Source: Thermoanaerobaculia bacterium (lineage in GTDB: Bacteria; Acidobacteriota; Thermoanaerobaculia; UBA5066). Taken from it: a stretch of DNA of 64,000 bases. Shown piece by piece: positions 21,075 through 31,242 of this stretch (its first letter is position 1; each line of letters starts with the position of its first letter). The notes under the pieces were generated by a model that had not been told where the DNA came from, searched no databases, and saw only the letters and a program-made list of their open reading frames with translations. The translations under genes and the position numbers were made by a program. The DNA lies in assembly GCA_963719225.1 (NCBI GenBank), contig CAVRAY010000001.1, forward strand, positions 2,816,001-2,880,000. The letters are read 5' to 3'.

Positions 21075-24041
21075 CTAGATCACGAGCGCGCGTCCCGCCT
21101 TGAGCCGCATCGCGGCGCCTTCGAGGAGCTCGGCGTGCTCGCGCTCCTCCGCTTCCAGCTCGCGGTAGAGGCGCCACTCGGGCGAGGCCTCGGAGAACGC
21201 GCGGCCGGTCTCGAGGAAGAACCGGCCCGCCCGCTTCTCGAGATGGACGGCGAGGCGCAGCAGCGCGACGCCGTCCGCGTCTTTCGAGGTCTCGACGCCC
21301 GAGAAGACGGCGAGCTGCGTGGAAGACGGCCCCTTGCCCGAAAGGTCCGGGGCCTCGAGGTGATAGCGCCGCGCGAGCGTCTCCATGTGCTCGCGCTCCA
21401 TGGAGGAAAGCCGATTGAAGAGCTCGATGACCTCGGGGTCGGCTCCGGCGCGCGCCATCTCCTCCGCTCCACGGGCATAGAAGAGGACGCCGCCGATCTC
21501 GATCTCGTACGCGCGCCGCACGGCCTCGGCGAGAGCGCCTTCGGGAGTCGCGAGCTCCTCGCGGGGCGCAAACGCGCCGCCGCAGATCGGGCACAGGCCG
21601 TACGGGAAAGCGAATCCCTCGGAGACCTTCCCGCAGGACGTGCACTCGAAGGACAGCCGCTCGCCCGCGCAGCACACGTAGTCTTCGCCCGGCTCGATCG
21701 GCCGACGGCACTTCTTGCACACGGACTCAGTGGGTGCAGCCACGGCAGGGATCTTCGAATCCGCGCGGACCTCGGGAGGCCAGACGCGATTCTTCAGGTA
21801 CGACGTGATCGCGCGGGCCGCTCTCCGGCCGGCGCCGAGCGCGAGGATCACTGTGGCGGCGCCGGTCACGATGTCACCGCCCGCGAAGACGCCCGGGAGG
21901 TTCGCCGCCTGCGTCGTCTCGTCGACGTTGATGTAGCCCTCGCCGCGTATGTCGAGCCCCGGCGTGGACCGTGCGATGACCGGATTCGCGCGTGTGCCGA
22001 GCGCGTAGATGACGGTGTCGCACTCGAACGTCTCCATCTCGCCGGGGATGGGGACCGGACGCCGGCGGCCGGAGGCGTCCGGCGGGCCCAGCTCCATCTT
22101 CTGGCAGACGAGAGCCTTCACGCCGCCCTTGTCGTCCGTGACGATCTCGGTAGGGCCGCGCAGCCAGTGGAACGTGATGCCCTCTTCCTCGGCGTGGCGG
22201 AGCTCCTCGATGCGGGCGGGAGCCTCCGCCTTCGTACGGCGGTAGACGCACCGGACGAGCTCGGCGCCGAGGCGCTTGGAGACGCGCAGGCAGTCCATCG
22301 CCGTGTTCCCCGCGCCGATGACGACGATGCGCTGGCCGAGCGTGACGGGAGTGTCCTGGTAGGGGAAGTTGTCGCCTCCCATGAGGTTCACGCGGGTGAG
22401 GAACTCGTTCGCGCTGTAGACCTGTCCCGCGAACTCGCCCGGGATGCCGAGAAAAGACGGAGCGCCCGCCCCGGTCCCCACGAAGACGGCGTCGAAGCCC
22501 TGCTCGGAGAGCAGCTGCGGAATCGTGAAGGTCTTGCCGATGACCTTGTTCGTCTCGAAGCGGACGCCCATGTCCTCGAGCTGCTTCACCTCGCGGTCGA
22601 TGATGTTGCGCGGCAGACGGAAGGACGGGATCCCGTAGCGCAGGACCCCGCCGATGATGTGCAGCGCCTCGAAGATCGTGACCTCGGCGCCGTCGCGCGC
22701 GAGGTCGCCCGCGCAGGCGAGGCCGGCGGGGCCAGATCCCACGACCGCGACCTTGCCGATCGGGGCCGGGCGCGGGGGCGGTGCGGTGACGGGCGCGTGG
22801 TCACCCACGAAGCGCTCGAGCCGGCCGATCGCGACCGGCTCCATCTTCTTGATGAGGATGCACTGCGCCTCGCACTGGCTTTCCTGCGGGCAGACGCGGC
22901 CGCAGACGGACGGGAAGTGGTTGTTCTCGCGGATGACAGCCGCGGCGCCCGCGATATCGCGGACGAGAAGGTGTCGGATGAAGCGCGGAATGTCGATGGC
23001 GACCGGGCAGCCCTGCACGCAGGACGGCCTCAGGCACTGGATGCAGCGCTCGGCTTCCGTCAGCGCGTCGGCCATCGTGTAGCCGAGGTTGACCTCGAGG
23101 AAGTTGTGCGCGCGCTCCTCGGCGTTCCGCTCGGCCATCTTGGTGGCGTGCGGCGCGACGTCCTTGAGCTTCTTGTAGTTGCGTTTCTCCTCCTCGAAGA
23201 GCGTCTTCTCGAGGTTGCACGTGTGCGCGAAGTCCTCGTTCGCGCGCGTTTCCTGGGACTTGAAGCGCTGCTGGCGCAGCATGAGCTCCTGAAAGTCGAT
23301 CTTGTGCGCGTCGAAGTCGGGCCCCTCGACGCAGGCGAACTTGATCTCGCCGTCGACCGAGACGCGGCACGAGCCGCACATCCCGGTACCGTCCACCATG
23401 ATCGCGTTCAGGCTCACGGCCGTCGGCACGCCGCGCGGGCGCGTGACCTCGGTGCAGGCGCGCATCATCGGGAGCGGGCCGATCGCCACCACTTCGTCGA
23501 CTTTCTCCTTCGACAGGACGTCCTCGAGCGCGGCCGTGACGAATCCCGGCCGCCCGTACGAGCCGTCGTCGGTGCAGACGATCAGGTCGTCGCAGTACTT
23601 CGCGAACCGGTCTTCCCAGAAGACGAGGTCCTTCGAGCGGAAGCCGATGATCCCCGTGACGCGGTTGCCCGCCTCCTTGAAGGCGCGCAGCTGGGGAAAG
23701 ACCGGCGCGACGCCGAGGCCGCCGCCGACGAGGACGACGTGCCCGACCTTCTTCACGTGGCTCGGCATTCCGAGCGGCCCCACGAAGTCGAGGAACGTGT
23801 CGCCTTCCTGGTACGCGGCCATCATCTCCCGCGTCGTCTTGCCGATCGCCTGGATGACGATCGTCACGGTGCCCCAATCGCGGTCGTAGTCGGCCACCGT
23901 CAGAGGGATGCGCTCACCACCGTCGCGCAGCCGCAGCATGACGAAATGGCCCGGTTGGGCGGCGCGGGCCACGTCGGGCGCGAAAACGTCCCAGAGGAAC
24001 GTCGATTCCGAGAACTGGTGGCGGCGGACGATCTGGTACAT
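21075..24041 (-). CDS. Fused NfnA/SudB + NfnB/SudA (GltD-like) flavoprotein with C-terminal Cys clusters and rubrerythrin-like domain
   Basis: ERIPLT, DGTGMCGSCR, CIQC..CPV, CGRVCPQE, GSGPAG, GAGNTAMD; C-terminal CxxC pairs and two E..ExxH helices. Confidence 0.88.
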   Translation of the reverse strand: MYQIVRRHQFSESTFLWDVFAPDVARAAQPGHFVMLRLRDGGERIPLTVADYDRDWGTVTIVIQAIGKTTREMMAAYQEGDTFLDFVGPLGMPSHVKKVGHVVLVGGGLGVAPVFPQLRAFKEAGNRVTGIIGFRSKDLVFWEDRFAKYCDDLIVCTDDGSYGRPGFVTAALEDVLSKEKVDEVVAIGPLPMMRACTEVTRPRGVPTAVSLNAIMVDGTGMCGSCRVSVDGEIKFACVEGPDFDAHKIDFQELMLRQQRFKSQETRANEDFAHTCNLEKTLFEEEKRNYKKLKDVAPHATKMAERNAEERAHNFLEVNLGYTMADALTEAERCIQCLRPSCVQGCPVAIDIPRFIRHLLVRDIAGAAAVIRENNHFPSVCGRVCPQESQCEAQCILIKKMEPVAIGRLERFVGDHAPVTAPPPRPAPIGKVAVVGSGPAGLACAGDLARDGAEVTIFEALHIIGGVLRYGIPSFRLPRNIIDREVKQLEDMGVRFETNKVIGKTFTIPQLLSEQGFDAVFVGTGAGAPSFLGIPGEFAGQVYSANEFLTRVNLMGGDNFPYQDTPVTLGQRIVVIGAGNTAMDCLRVSKRLGAELVRCVYRRTKAEAPARIEELRHAEEEGITFHWLRGPTEIVTDDKGGVKALVCQKMELGPPDASGRRRPVPIPGEMETFECDTVIYALGTRANPVIARSTPGLDIRGEGYINVDETTQAANLPGVFAGGDIVTGAATVILALGAGRRAARAITSYLKNRVWPPEVRADSKIPAVAAPTESVCKKCRRPIEPGEDYVCCAGERLSFECTSCGKVSEGFAFPYGLCPICGGAFAPREELATPEGALAEAVRRAYEIEIGGVLFYARGAEEMARAGADPEVIELFNRLSSMEREHMETLARRYHLEAPDLSGKGPSSTQLAVFSGVETSKDADGVALLRLAVHLEKRAGRFFLETGRAFSEASPEWRLYRELEAEEREHAELLEGAAMRLKAGRALVI

Positions 24042-24090
24042 GACCCGGATTCTCCGGGTCAGGGGGGACAGCCGCTATGGTGCAAACCCA

Positions 24091-25686
24091 TCAGGCTGCG
24101 CGCGCCGCCCGCAGGACCCGGGGCACGATGATCAACGCAGCGCCATACACGACGAACGTCGCCACCAGCGTGCTCGGGCGCCCGTGCGGGAGATCGTCGA
24201 TGAGCAGCTTGAGACCGGCAATCGCGAGCACCGGGTAGGTGAGGCGAGCGAGGGGGGCGAGCGTCGGGAGGCGCCTGAGCGAGGCGAGCAGCACGGACGC
24301 CGCGGCCAGGACGGCGCCACGTACCGCGGCGACCCGGCCGGCGTCGCCGTCGGGCGCGACGACGGCCGCCAGACCCAGCACGGCGAGCGCGCCGGCGCCC
24401 GCGATCGAGACGCATGCGAGACCGAACATCGCTCCGCGCGCAGGTCCACCGGTGCCCGAGCGGACGCGGGCCGCAAGGAGCGCCGCCGACGCGGCCGAGA
24501 GGGCGAGGACGACGAGAGAGTCTCTGTGTGGCGAGGCGCCAGCGTAGGGAGAGCCGAGGAAGGCGCGCCCGGCGAAACCGGCCAGGCCGGATGCGGCCGA
24601 TGCCACGAGGAGCAGGACCGCTCCATAGGCGGGAGCCATCGAGCCCGCGATCCGTGCCGGCGCGACGGCCGCCGCGAATCCGGCAACGCCCCAGACGAGC
24701 GAGGCGGGAACGTCCGCCAGGGGGGTCAGCCGCGAGACGGCGAAGACGGCGAGAAGAAGAGCCGCCCCGAGCTGGAGCGCCTCGAAGACGTCGGAATCCC
24801 CGGCGCGCCGCCGGATTCGCCGGACCGTCCCCACGAGGGAAACGGCGAAGAGCGAAAGCGCGAGCGCGAGAACGGCGTTCCGGGAGAGGCCCGCGTACGC
24901 CTCGGGCAGTCCCCCGGAACGTCCGGCGATCCAGACGGCTTCGAGCACGACGAGATCCGCGACGGCGGCCGGAACCCATGGAAGGCCGGCCCAACTTCTG
25001 CGGATCGAGGCCGCCCGCGCCCCCGCCACGAGGGCGACGAGAAGAGCGCCGAAGGTTACGAGAGCATGCGTCGTCACGAGGAGCAACGACGCGGTCGGGA
25101 CGACCGAAAGGACGGCGCCCCAGGCGAGAGCCGGTAGGTTGCGGTGGACGGACGCGCCGAGCGCGGCAGCGCCGACCGTGAAGAGCACGGCGGCCGCGGC
25201 CCTCGGACCGAACACGCCGAAACGGGTCGAGGCCTCCCAGACGAGGGGGCATGCAATGGCGAGCGCCGTGATACCCCACGCGGCTGCGGCCGCGTCGGAG
25301 CCCTTCCTCCCGGCCCGGTCCGCGAGGACGAGCCAGGTCAAGGCGTAGGCAAGGCCCAGCGTCACGCCCGCGCCGCGCGGAAACGCGCCCGAGTCGGTCA
25401 AGGCGCGAATGAGGAATGCCCCGGCGAGGACGAAAAGGCAGCGGCCCAAGAGGGCGACGATCGAGGGGGATGAGAGACCGGGAGATTTCTCAGAAAGCGC
25501 GCCAGGGAGCGTTGCGTCTCGCGCCGCCGTTTCCGCGTCTGCTGCGGCGGTGCGGCCGGCCTTATTACCTTCTAAGAAAGGGTGCTCTTCGGCTTTCTCG
25601 AGTGCCGCGACGCGCATCTCCACCGACCGGAGAGACCGGGCCAGGTCGGCGACCTGCTTCTCGAGATCGGAAACGAGGTCGTCCAT
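24091..25686 (-). CDS. Polytopic membrane protein (DUF2339-like), N-terminal coiled coil
   Basis: Many hydrophobic helices; ends LKLLIDDL...; at the end of the cytochrome operon. Confidence 0.7.
   Translation of the reverse strand: MDDLVSDLEKQVADLARSLRSVEMRVAALEKAEEHPFLEGNKAGRTAAADAETAARDATLPGALSEKSPGLSSPSIVALLGRCLFVLAGAFLIRALTDSGAFPRGAGVTLGLAYALTWLVLADRAGRKGSDAAAAAWGITALAIACPLVWEASTRFGVFGPRAAAAVLFTVGAAALGASVHRNLPALAWGAVLSVVPTASLLLVTTHALVTFGALLVALVAGARAASIRRSWAGLPWVPAAVADLVVLEAVWIAGRSGGLPEAYAGLSRNAVLALALSLFAVSLVGTVRRIRRRAGDSDVFEALQLGAALLLAVFAVSRLTPLADVPASLVWGVAGFAAAVAPARIAGSMAPAYGAVLLLVASAASGLAGFAGRAFLGSPYAGASPHRDSLVVLALSAASAALLAARVRSGTGGPARGAMFGLACVSIAGAGALAVLGLAAVVAPDGDAGRVAAVRGAVLAAASVLLASLRRLPTLAPLARLTYPVLAIAGLKLLIDDLPHGRPSTLVATFVVYGAALIIVPRVLRAARAA
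25482..25580. repeat. Convergent TTC-N3-GAA motif pair (cores 25487-25495 + and 25570-25578 -)
   Basis: GAGATTTCTCAGAAAG and CTTTCTTAGAAGGTAA (rev); centres 83 bp apart. Confidence 0.7.
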
Positions 25687-25735
25687 GGCGGTCGACTCTT
25701 GCTGTTGCGTCTCTCGCACCTCCGTGGAGGAGAGC

Positions 25736-26914
25736 TCAGACGGCCGCTTTTTCCTCTTCGAACGGCGGCAGGACCTTGACGAGAACCCAGAGGATTCCGA
25801 ACGGCAGGATCATCAGGAGGATCGCGGGGAGCAGCCCTTCCCTCGTGGCGAACGCCATCTTGTACGTCGTGTACCCGAGGAAGCTCTTCGAGAAGAGCTG
25901 TCCGCCGATGACGACGTTCCACCGCATCGCGAAGATCCCCATGAGGGTGAGCACGCCGGCGAGGGCGTAGATCCCCTTCCGGGCCGCGTCGCTCAGCTTC
26001 ACGACCTGGATGAACGCCAGCATGGAGATCGGGACGATCGTGCCGAAGACGATCTGCACGAGGATTTGCGAGGTGTAGAGCCGCGTGTGCACCATGAAGT
26101 CGAGGCTCTTGAAGGACTCGTCCGCCTCGTAGATGCGGTGGATCAGGTCGAGCATCTCGAGCGAGAAGTCGATCAGGAAGGCGTACATCAGGTAGCGGGC
26201 GATGGTATCCACGCACGGCATGTCGATGGGAATGCCCTTCAGGAAACAGACGATCATGTACATGAGGAGGACGAGGGCGATACCCGAAACGATGGCGGAG
26301 AAGAGGAACACGATCGGCATCACGGGCGTGGACCACCACGGATTCGCCTTGATGGAGCCGAAGATGAAGCCGACGTAGCCGTGCAGGAGGAAGGCCGACG
26401 GGATTCCCACGATGGTGATGAAGCGCCCAAGCTTGTCGTCGATGCGGAGCGACTCCTCGCTGATGTTGTCGACGCCGAGGGTGAGGACCCGGTAGAGAGT
26501 CTTCTTCCAGCCCGTCTCGGACCGGGCCAGAAGCACCATGTCCTTGCGGTAGTCGAGCCAGATCTCGAGTACGAGAACGGCCATGAGGTACCAGAGGTAG
26601 ATGAAGCCGAACATCGCCATCGCCGAGCTCGTGTGCGGCGTGAGGTACATCTCGAAGGAGCGCTCCGGATGGCCGAGGTGGAGCTGCAGCGGCAGCGGCG
26701 CCACGAGGAGGAACGCGAGCGCGGAGAGGAGCGCGAGCCGGTACGTCGGCTTGACCGCCGCCACGTTGAAGACGCGCTCGAGCGAGGCGAGAATGAAGGC
26801 GCCGGCGACGAGGCCGGTCGTGAAGGGGTAGAGGACGATGAGGATGCTCCACTGGAGCTCCACTTCGTTGGGGTACATGAACCCCTGAACGGCCTGGAGA
26901 AGCCCTTCTTCCAT
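25736..26914 (-). CDS. NrfD/PsrC family quinol-interacting membrane subunit
   Basis: W.ILIVLYPF..GL.AG, HLGHPER, TP..SSAM, HGYVG; multiple TM helices. Confidence 0.9.
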   Translation of the reverse strand: MEEGLLQAVQGFMYPNEVELQWSILIVLYPFTTGLVAGAFILASLERVFNVAAVKPTYRLALLSALAFLLVAPLPLQLHLGHPERSFEMYLTPHTSSAMAMFGFIYLWYLMAVLVLEIWLDYRKDMVLLARSETGWKKTLYRVLTLGVDNISEESLRIDDKLGRFITIVGIPSAFLLHGYVGFIFGSIKANPWWSTPVMPIVFLFSAIVSGIALVLLMYMIVCFLKGIPIDMPCVDTIARYLMYAFLIDFSLEMLDLIHRIYEADESFKSLDFMVHTRLYTSQILVQIVFGTIVPISMLAFIQVVKLSDAARKGIYALAGVLTLMGIFAMRWNVVIGGQLFSKSFLGYTTYKMAFATREGLLPAILLMILPFGILWVLVKVLPPFEEEKAAV

Positions 26915-26918
26915 GGCG

Positions 26919-27677
26919 CTACCTCACCGACCCGTCGAGGCCGTTGTAGAAGACTTTCGCTCCGGTCGCGAGCTGCGGCTTCAGGACCTGGATCTTGTGG
27001 GTCCTCAGGAACTCGTGAACCGGATCCTTCGGGTCCTTGAGGTCGACGAGCTGGCGCGCGCCGGTCGGGCAGCCCTCGCAGCAGGCCGTCGTGAGGCCTT
27101 TCGTGATGCGGTGGTAGCACAGGTTGCACTTATCGACCGTCTTCGTGCGCGGGTCGATGAACCGGCACCCGTACGGGCACGCCTGCACGCAGTAGCGGCA
27201 GCCGAGGCAGTAGGTCTTGTCGACGAGGACCGCGCCGTCGGGGCTCTCGAACGTGGCGCCTACCGGGCACACCTGCGTGCAGGGCGAGTGCGCACACGCG
27301 TTGCAGAGCTTCGGCACGAAGAAGCTCTTCGCACCGTCGCCGGCCGCGTACTTCTCGGGAAAGCCGTTGTAGCCTCCGTCCGGCGAGTCGACTTCGGGAT
27401 GCTCCTTGGCTTCTGCGACGTGATACCGCTCCACCCACGTCCGGAAGAAGTAAGGCTCGAGGGGCACGTCGTTCTCGGTCTTGCAGGCCCTCACGCAGCT
27501 GCCGCACCCGATGCACTTCTCGATGTCGACGATCATTCCCCAGTAGTGCTCGGTGGCCTTGTACGCGGGCTCCTCCGCCTTGCCGGTCTCCACGGCCTCG
27601 AGGTAGGCGGCGGCCGGCGCGGTCAGCACGAGGAGCTTTCCGGCCGTGAGCACGAAGTCGCGACGGTCGGAGTTCAT
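26919..27677 (-). CDS. NrfC/DmsB-like 4x[4Fe-4S] protein with Tat signal
   Basis: DRRDFV Tat motif; CIGCGSCVRAC, CNAC..PCTQVCP, CLGCRYCVQACP, CNLC...CCEGCP. Confidence 0.92.
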   Translation of the reverse strand: MNSDRRDFVLTAGKLLVLTAPAAAYLEAVETGKAEEPAYKATEHYWGMIVDIEKCIGCGSCVRACKTENDVPLEPYFFRTWVERYHVAEAKEHPEVDSPDGGYNGFPEKYAAGDGAKSFFVPKLCNACAHSPCTQVCPVGATFESPDGAVLVDKTYCLGCRYCVQACPYGCRFIDPRTKTVDKCNLCYHRITKGLTTACCEGCPTGARQLVDLKDPKDPVHEFLRTHKIQVLKPQLATGAKVFYNGLDGSVR

Positions 27678-28144
27678 TTCTTCGGCTCCTTGTCGGGCGC
27701 GTGCGGAGCATGGCAGCCGTTGCACGCCCCGCCGTCGAAGTGGCTTTTCGGATCGATCTGGGGGAACTTGCTCGGCTTCGCGACGTTCGTGAGGTGGCAC
27801 GTCAGGCAGATCGTCTTCGGGTCGGGTTTGAATGCCTTGTTCGTGGAGGGATCCTCCGCGTGCTTCGCGAGCGCCCCGTGGCAGGCTTCGCACCCGACGC
27901 CGGCGTGCTTTCCGCCCTTCCACACGTCCCGCTCGTCCGTGTGGCACTCGATGCAGGCGCTCCGGCCGGCGAAGTGGGGGGCGCGGACGCGGTTGTCCGC
28001 GAGGGCGCCGGCCCGGTAGTGGCCGTAGACGCCGAATCCCTTCGGAACGAGCACGGCCTGGAGGATCAAAAAGACCACGATCCCGGCCGCGAACAGGACC
28101 GCGATGCGAACAAGATGCTCCTTGTCCTTCATGAACCTGTTCAT
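27674..28144 (-). CDS. Membrane-anchored tetraheme cytochrome c
   Basis: 4 CxxCH motifs (CIECH, CEACH, CLTCH, CNGCH) and an N-terminal TM helix. Confidence 0.92.
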   Translation of the reverse strand: MNRFMKDKEHLVRIAVLFAAGIVVFLILQAVLVPKGFGVYGHYRAGALADNRVRAPHFAGRSACIECHTDERDVWKGGKHAGVGCEACHGALAKHAEDPSTNKAFKPDPKTICLTCHLTNVAKPSKFPQIDPKSHFDGGACNGCHAPHAPDKEPKK

Positions 28145-28194
28145 GAAAGGGGACGATGGAGCGCGGGCGGCCGCCCGCCAATGATTCAGGCGTG

Positions 28195-31100
28195 CTATTT
28201 AGGGGGGGTGTTCGGGTCCGGGCCGCCGTCGACCTGCCTGATCTTCAGGTAAAGGAGGACCGCGAACGCCGAGATGAGCCCGCTCGCGAGGATGAGGCCG
28301 TTTCGCCGGAACCGGTACTCGGCCCAGACGGCGGCGGCGGCCTTCCGGAGGCTTTCCTCGGCCTCCGACGCCGCCGCGGAGTTGCGGATGAAGTCGCTCC
28401 GGTCGAAGGTGTGAATGCCGAGGCGCGTCTTGCGAAGCGCGTCGTTCACGGCGCTCGACTGGAAACGCAGCTCGTCGACGTCGAATCCCCGCTCGGCGAG
28501 CCGGTCGACGTCCTTTCCGAGGGCCTCGTGCGACTCGCGGAGGGACGTGATGGACGTGTGGAAGAACCGCGCCGTCTCGTCGCATTTCGGCTGGCCGTAC
28601 TTCGCATGACACGAGTGACAGAGCGCCTGCGGCGCGTCGCTGAGCATCTCGTCGGTGGGCCTCGCGATGTCGTGCTTCCCGTGACAGGTTTCACATTCGG
28701 GCCACCCGTGCGCCAGGAAAGCCTTCTTGTGAGGGCTCCCGTCGAAGAGGTTGCCGTTGGCGGCATGACAGGTGCGGCAGACCTGCGACACGAACTCGGT
28801 ATGCGGCGGGAGGGCCGCGTGGTTTCCATGACAGCCGTTGCACGCCGGCGCGCCCGCATCGTGCTTTCCGAGGAGCGCCAGGCCGTGGACGCTCTTCTTG
28901 TACTGCTCGAGCTGGTTCGTCGGGATGGGGGTCACCCCGTCGTCGAGCGTGTAGCCCTTCATGTAGGCGGCGTTCGCATGGCACTTGCCGCAGGTCGACG
29001 GGATGTTCTCGCGGTACACGAGCGAGTTCGTGCTGTCGGGCGGCCGGATGCCGTGCACGCCGTGGCAGCTCACGCACTGCGCGGCCTTCGGGTCCTTCGT
29101 CTTGCCGAGGAGAAGCTGCCCGTGCTTGCTCGTGCGGTACTTGAGGAGCTGGTCCACCGGAAGGGACGGGTTGTAGCCCCGCATGAACTCGCTCGAGGAG
29201 TGGCAGCGAGCGCAGAACTCCGGGATCCACGAGCGATCCTCGTGCCGGACCTCGGACGCGGGCCAGCGTTTGCCGATGTCCGCCGACATCTCGGCGTCGC
29301 TGGGCTTCCCGCCGTGACACCCGGCGCACATGAGCCCGCCACGGAAATGCACGTCGCTCACGATCTCGCGGAGGTCGAGGTGGGCGTTCGCGTCGCCTTT
29401 CGCGCGCGGCTTGAAGAGGATTTCGTCCGGGAGGTCCGGGTTCGAGTGGCACAGGACGCAGTTGTCTCCCAGGATCAGCTCCACCTTGCGGTCGTCGATG
29501 TCGAGAGCGAGAAGCGTCGCGAGGTGCGCTCCCGACGAGACCCTCCCGTCCTTCGCGGCGACGAAGAAGAGCTCCTGGGCGTGGCTGGGGAGAGTCCGGA
29601 AACGCGCCTTCGCCTTCTCGCTCAGGAGAGGCCCTGTCTTCTTGTCGACTTCCGTGAAGAGCTTCTGAAACTCCGCGGGCCAGGCTCCTTCGACGACGTG
29701 CCCCGGAGCCGACGCACTTGCCGGAGCGGAAGCGGTCGCCGGAGCCGGCGCGCCCGCCTTCTCGTCCGCACGTACCTCGAAGGCGCCGATCAGCCCGAGA
29801 ACCACGAGCGCCGCTGCGGACGTGCCGCGTCGGACCCGCCCTGCGAAAAGAAGGGCGAGGAGGACGGCGAGAGCGGCGCCGCCGCTCGCGAGCCAGCTCA
29901 GGTGCGCGAATCCGTTGAGCACCGCCTGCAGGAGGACGGCGGCGGTGAAGGGGAACGCCGAGTGGCCCCACTTCAGGCGCCGAAGGACCGTCACGGCAAG
30001 CCCGATCCCGATGATCCACAGTGCCGCCGTCCGCGCGATCGTCGCCGCCATCACGGGGTCGCCCGCGGGGTCCTTTCCGTGCGGCGCGTGGACGCCCACG
30101 TCCCACGCCTTGAGGGTCAGGAACCCCAGGAACAGGAGTCCTGCGACGCCGAGGTCGGTGAAGAGCGGGCTCGGCTTTCCCTTCGCCGCGTTCCGGTCGA
30201 GAAGCGGGATCGCGAACGCGATCGCGCCGAGGATGCTCGCCAGGAGCAGGCAGGCCTGCGGCCCTTCCATTCCGAAGAGATGTGCCGGGAACTCGCGCAA
30301 CATCTGGTACACGGACAGGAAGTACCACTCCGGTTTGATGCCCGGATAGGCCGGCTTCAGCGGGTTCGCCTTGGCTCCGAGCTCCCATTCCATGCCCGGG
30401 ATTCCCGGCCCGAACGGAAGCGCGACCGCCAGGAGCGCGAGGATGTTCAGGCAGATCACCCACAGGAGCAGGTCGCGCATCGCGAAGTTCGGGAAAAAAG
30501 GCATCCCGCGGGGCCGCGGTTTCGTCGCATCCGACGGCTCGCCTTCGAGCGGCTCGGCCATCCCCTGCCTCTGGATGAAGAGGAGGTGGGCGCCGATGAA
30601 CCCCGCCATGACGAGCGGGAGGATGCAGACGTGGAGGGCGAAGAACCGGTACAGGGTCTGGACCGAAACTTCCTCGCCTCCGCGCAGCACGCGGAGCATC
30701 CACGGGCCGACGACGGGAACGGACTTGACCGAGTCGGTCCCCACCGCCGTCGCGAAATAGCTGAGCTCGTTCCAGGGCAGGAGGTAGCCGGAAAACCCGA
30801 AGCCCAGGACGATGCCGAGCATCGCGAAGCCCGTGTACCAGGTCAGCTCGCGCGGCTTGCGATACGCCTTCAGGAACAGGACGCTGAAGAGATGCGCGAG
30901 GACCGCGAGGCTCATGAGGTGCGCCGACCAGCAGTGGATCGAGCGGATGAGCCAGCCGAACGGCACGCGGCCGACGAGGTTCTTCATGCTCTCGTAGGAC
31001 GTGTTCTCCCCTACCTGGTAGTTCATGAGGAGGAGGATTCCGGTGCCGATCTGGACGACGAAGAAGAAGAGCGAGACCCCGCCGAGGTAATACCAGACCA

Positions 31101-31242
31101 TCGAGTGCGACCCGACGGGCACCTCCTTGTGGCCGAGGAACGCGACGAGGCCCGAGAGCTGGAACCTCTCGTCCACCATGCGCCAGATCCGCGCGCCGAC
31201 GGAGGCCGGAGGGGCTGCGGCCGCATCGCGCTCGGCGCTCAT
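28195..31242 (-). CDS. Cytochrome b (b6 + subunit IV-like) fused to a nonaheme cytochrome c domain
   Basis: GWLIRSIH, GYLLPW, FFALH, PEWY; 9 CxxCH motifs in the C-terminal half; C-terminal TM helix. Confidence 0.9.
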   Translation of the reverse strand: MSAERDAAAAPPASVGARIWRMVDERFQLSGLVAFLGHKEVPVGSHSMVWYYLGGVSLFFFVVQIGTGILLLMNYQVGENTSYESMKNLVGRVPFGWLIRSIHCWSAHLMSLAVLAHLFSVLFLKAYRKPRELTWYTGFAMLGIVLGFGFSGYLLPWNELSYFATAVGTDSVKSVPVVGPWMLRVLRGGEEVSVQTLYRFFALHVCILPLVMAGFIGAHLLFIQRQGMAEPLEGEPSDATKPRPRGMPFFPNFAMRDLLLWVICLNILALLAVALPFGPGIPGMEWELGAKANPLKPAYPGIKPEWYFLSVYQMLREFPAHLFGMEGPQACLLLASILGAIAFAIPLLDRNAAKGKPSPLFTDLGVAGLLFLGFLTLKAWDVGVHAPHGKDPAGDPVMAATIARTAALWIIGIGLAVTVLRRLKWGHSAFPFTAAVLLQAVLNGFAHLSWLASGGAALAVLLALLFAGRVRRGTSAAALVVLGLIGAFEVRADEKAGAPAPATASAPASASAPGHVVEGAWPAEFQKLFTEVDKKTGPLLSEKAKARFRTLPSHAQELFFVAAKDGRVSSGAHLATLLALDIDDRKVELILGDNCVLCHSNPDLPDEILFKPRAKGDANAHLDLREIVSDVHFRGGLMCAGCHGGKPSDAEMSADIGKRWPASEVRHEDRSWIPEFCARCHSSSEFMRGYNPSLPVDQLLKYRTSKHGQLLLGKTKDPKAAQCVSCHGVHGIRPPDSTNSLVYRENIPSTCGKCHANAAYMKGYTLDDGVTPIPTNQLEQYKKSVHGLALLGKHDAGAPACNGCHGNHAALPPHTEFVSQVCRTCHAANGNLFDGSPHKKAFLAHGWPECETCHGKHDIARPTDEMLSDAPQALCHSCHAKYGQPKCDETARFFHTSITSLRESHEALGKDVDRLAERGFDVDELRFQSSAVNDALRKTRLGIHTFDRSDFIRNSAAASEAEESLRKAAAAVWAEYRFRRNGLILASGLISAFAVLLYLKIRQVDGGPDPNTPPK

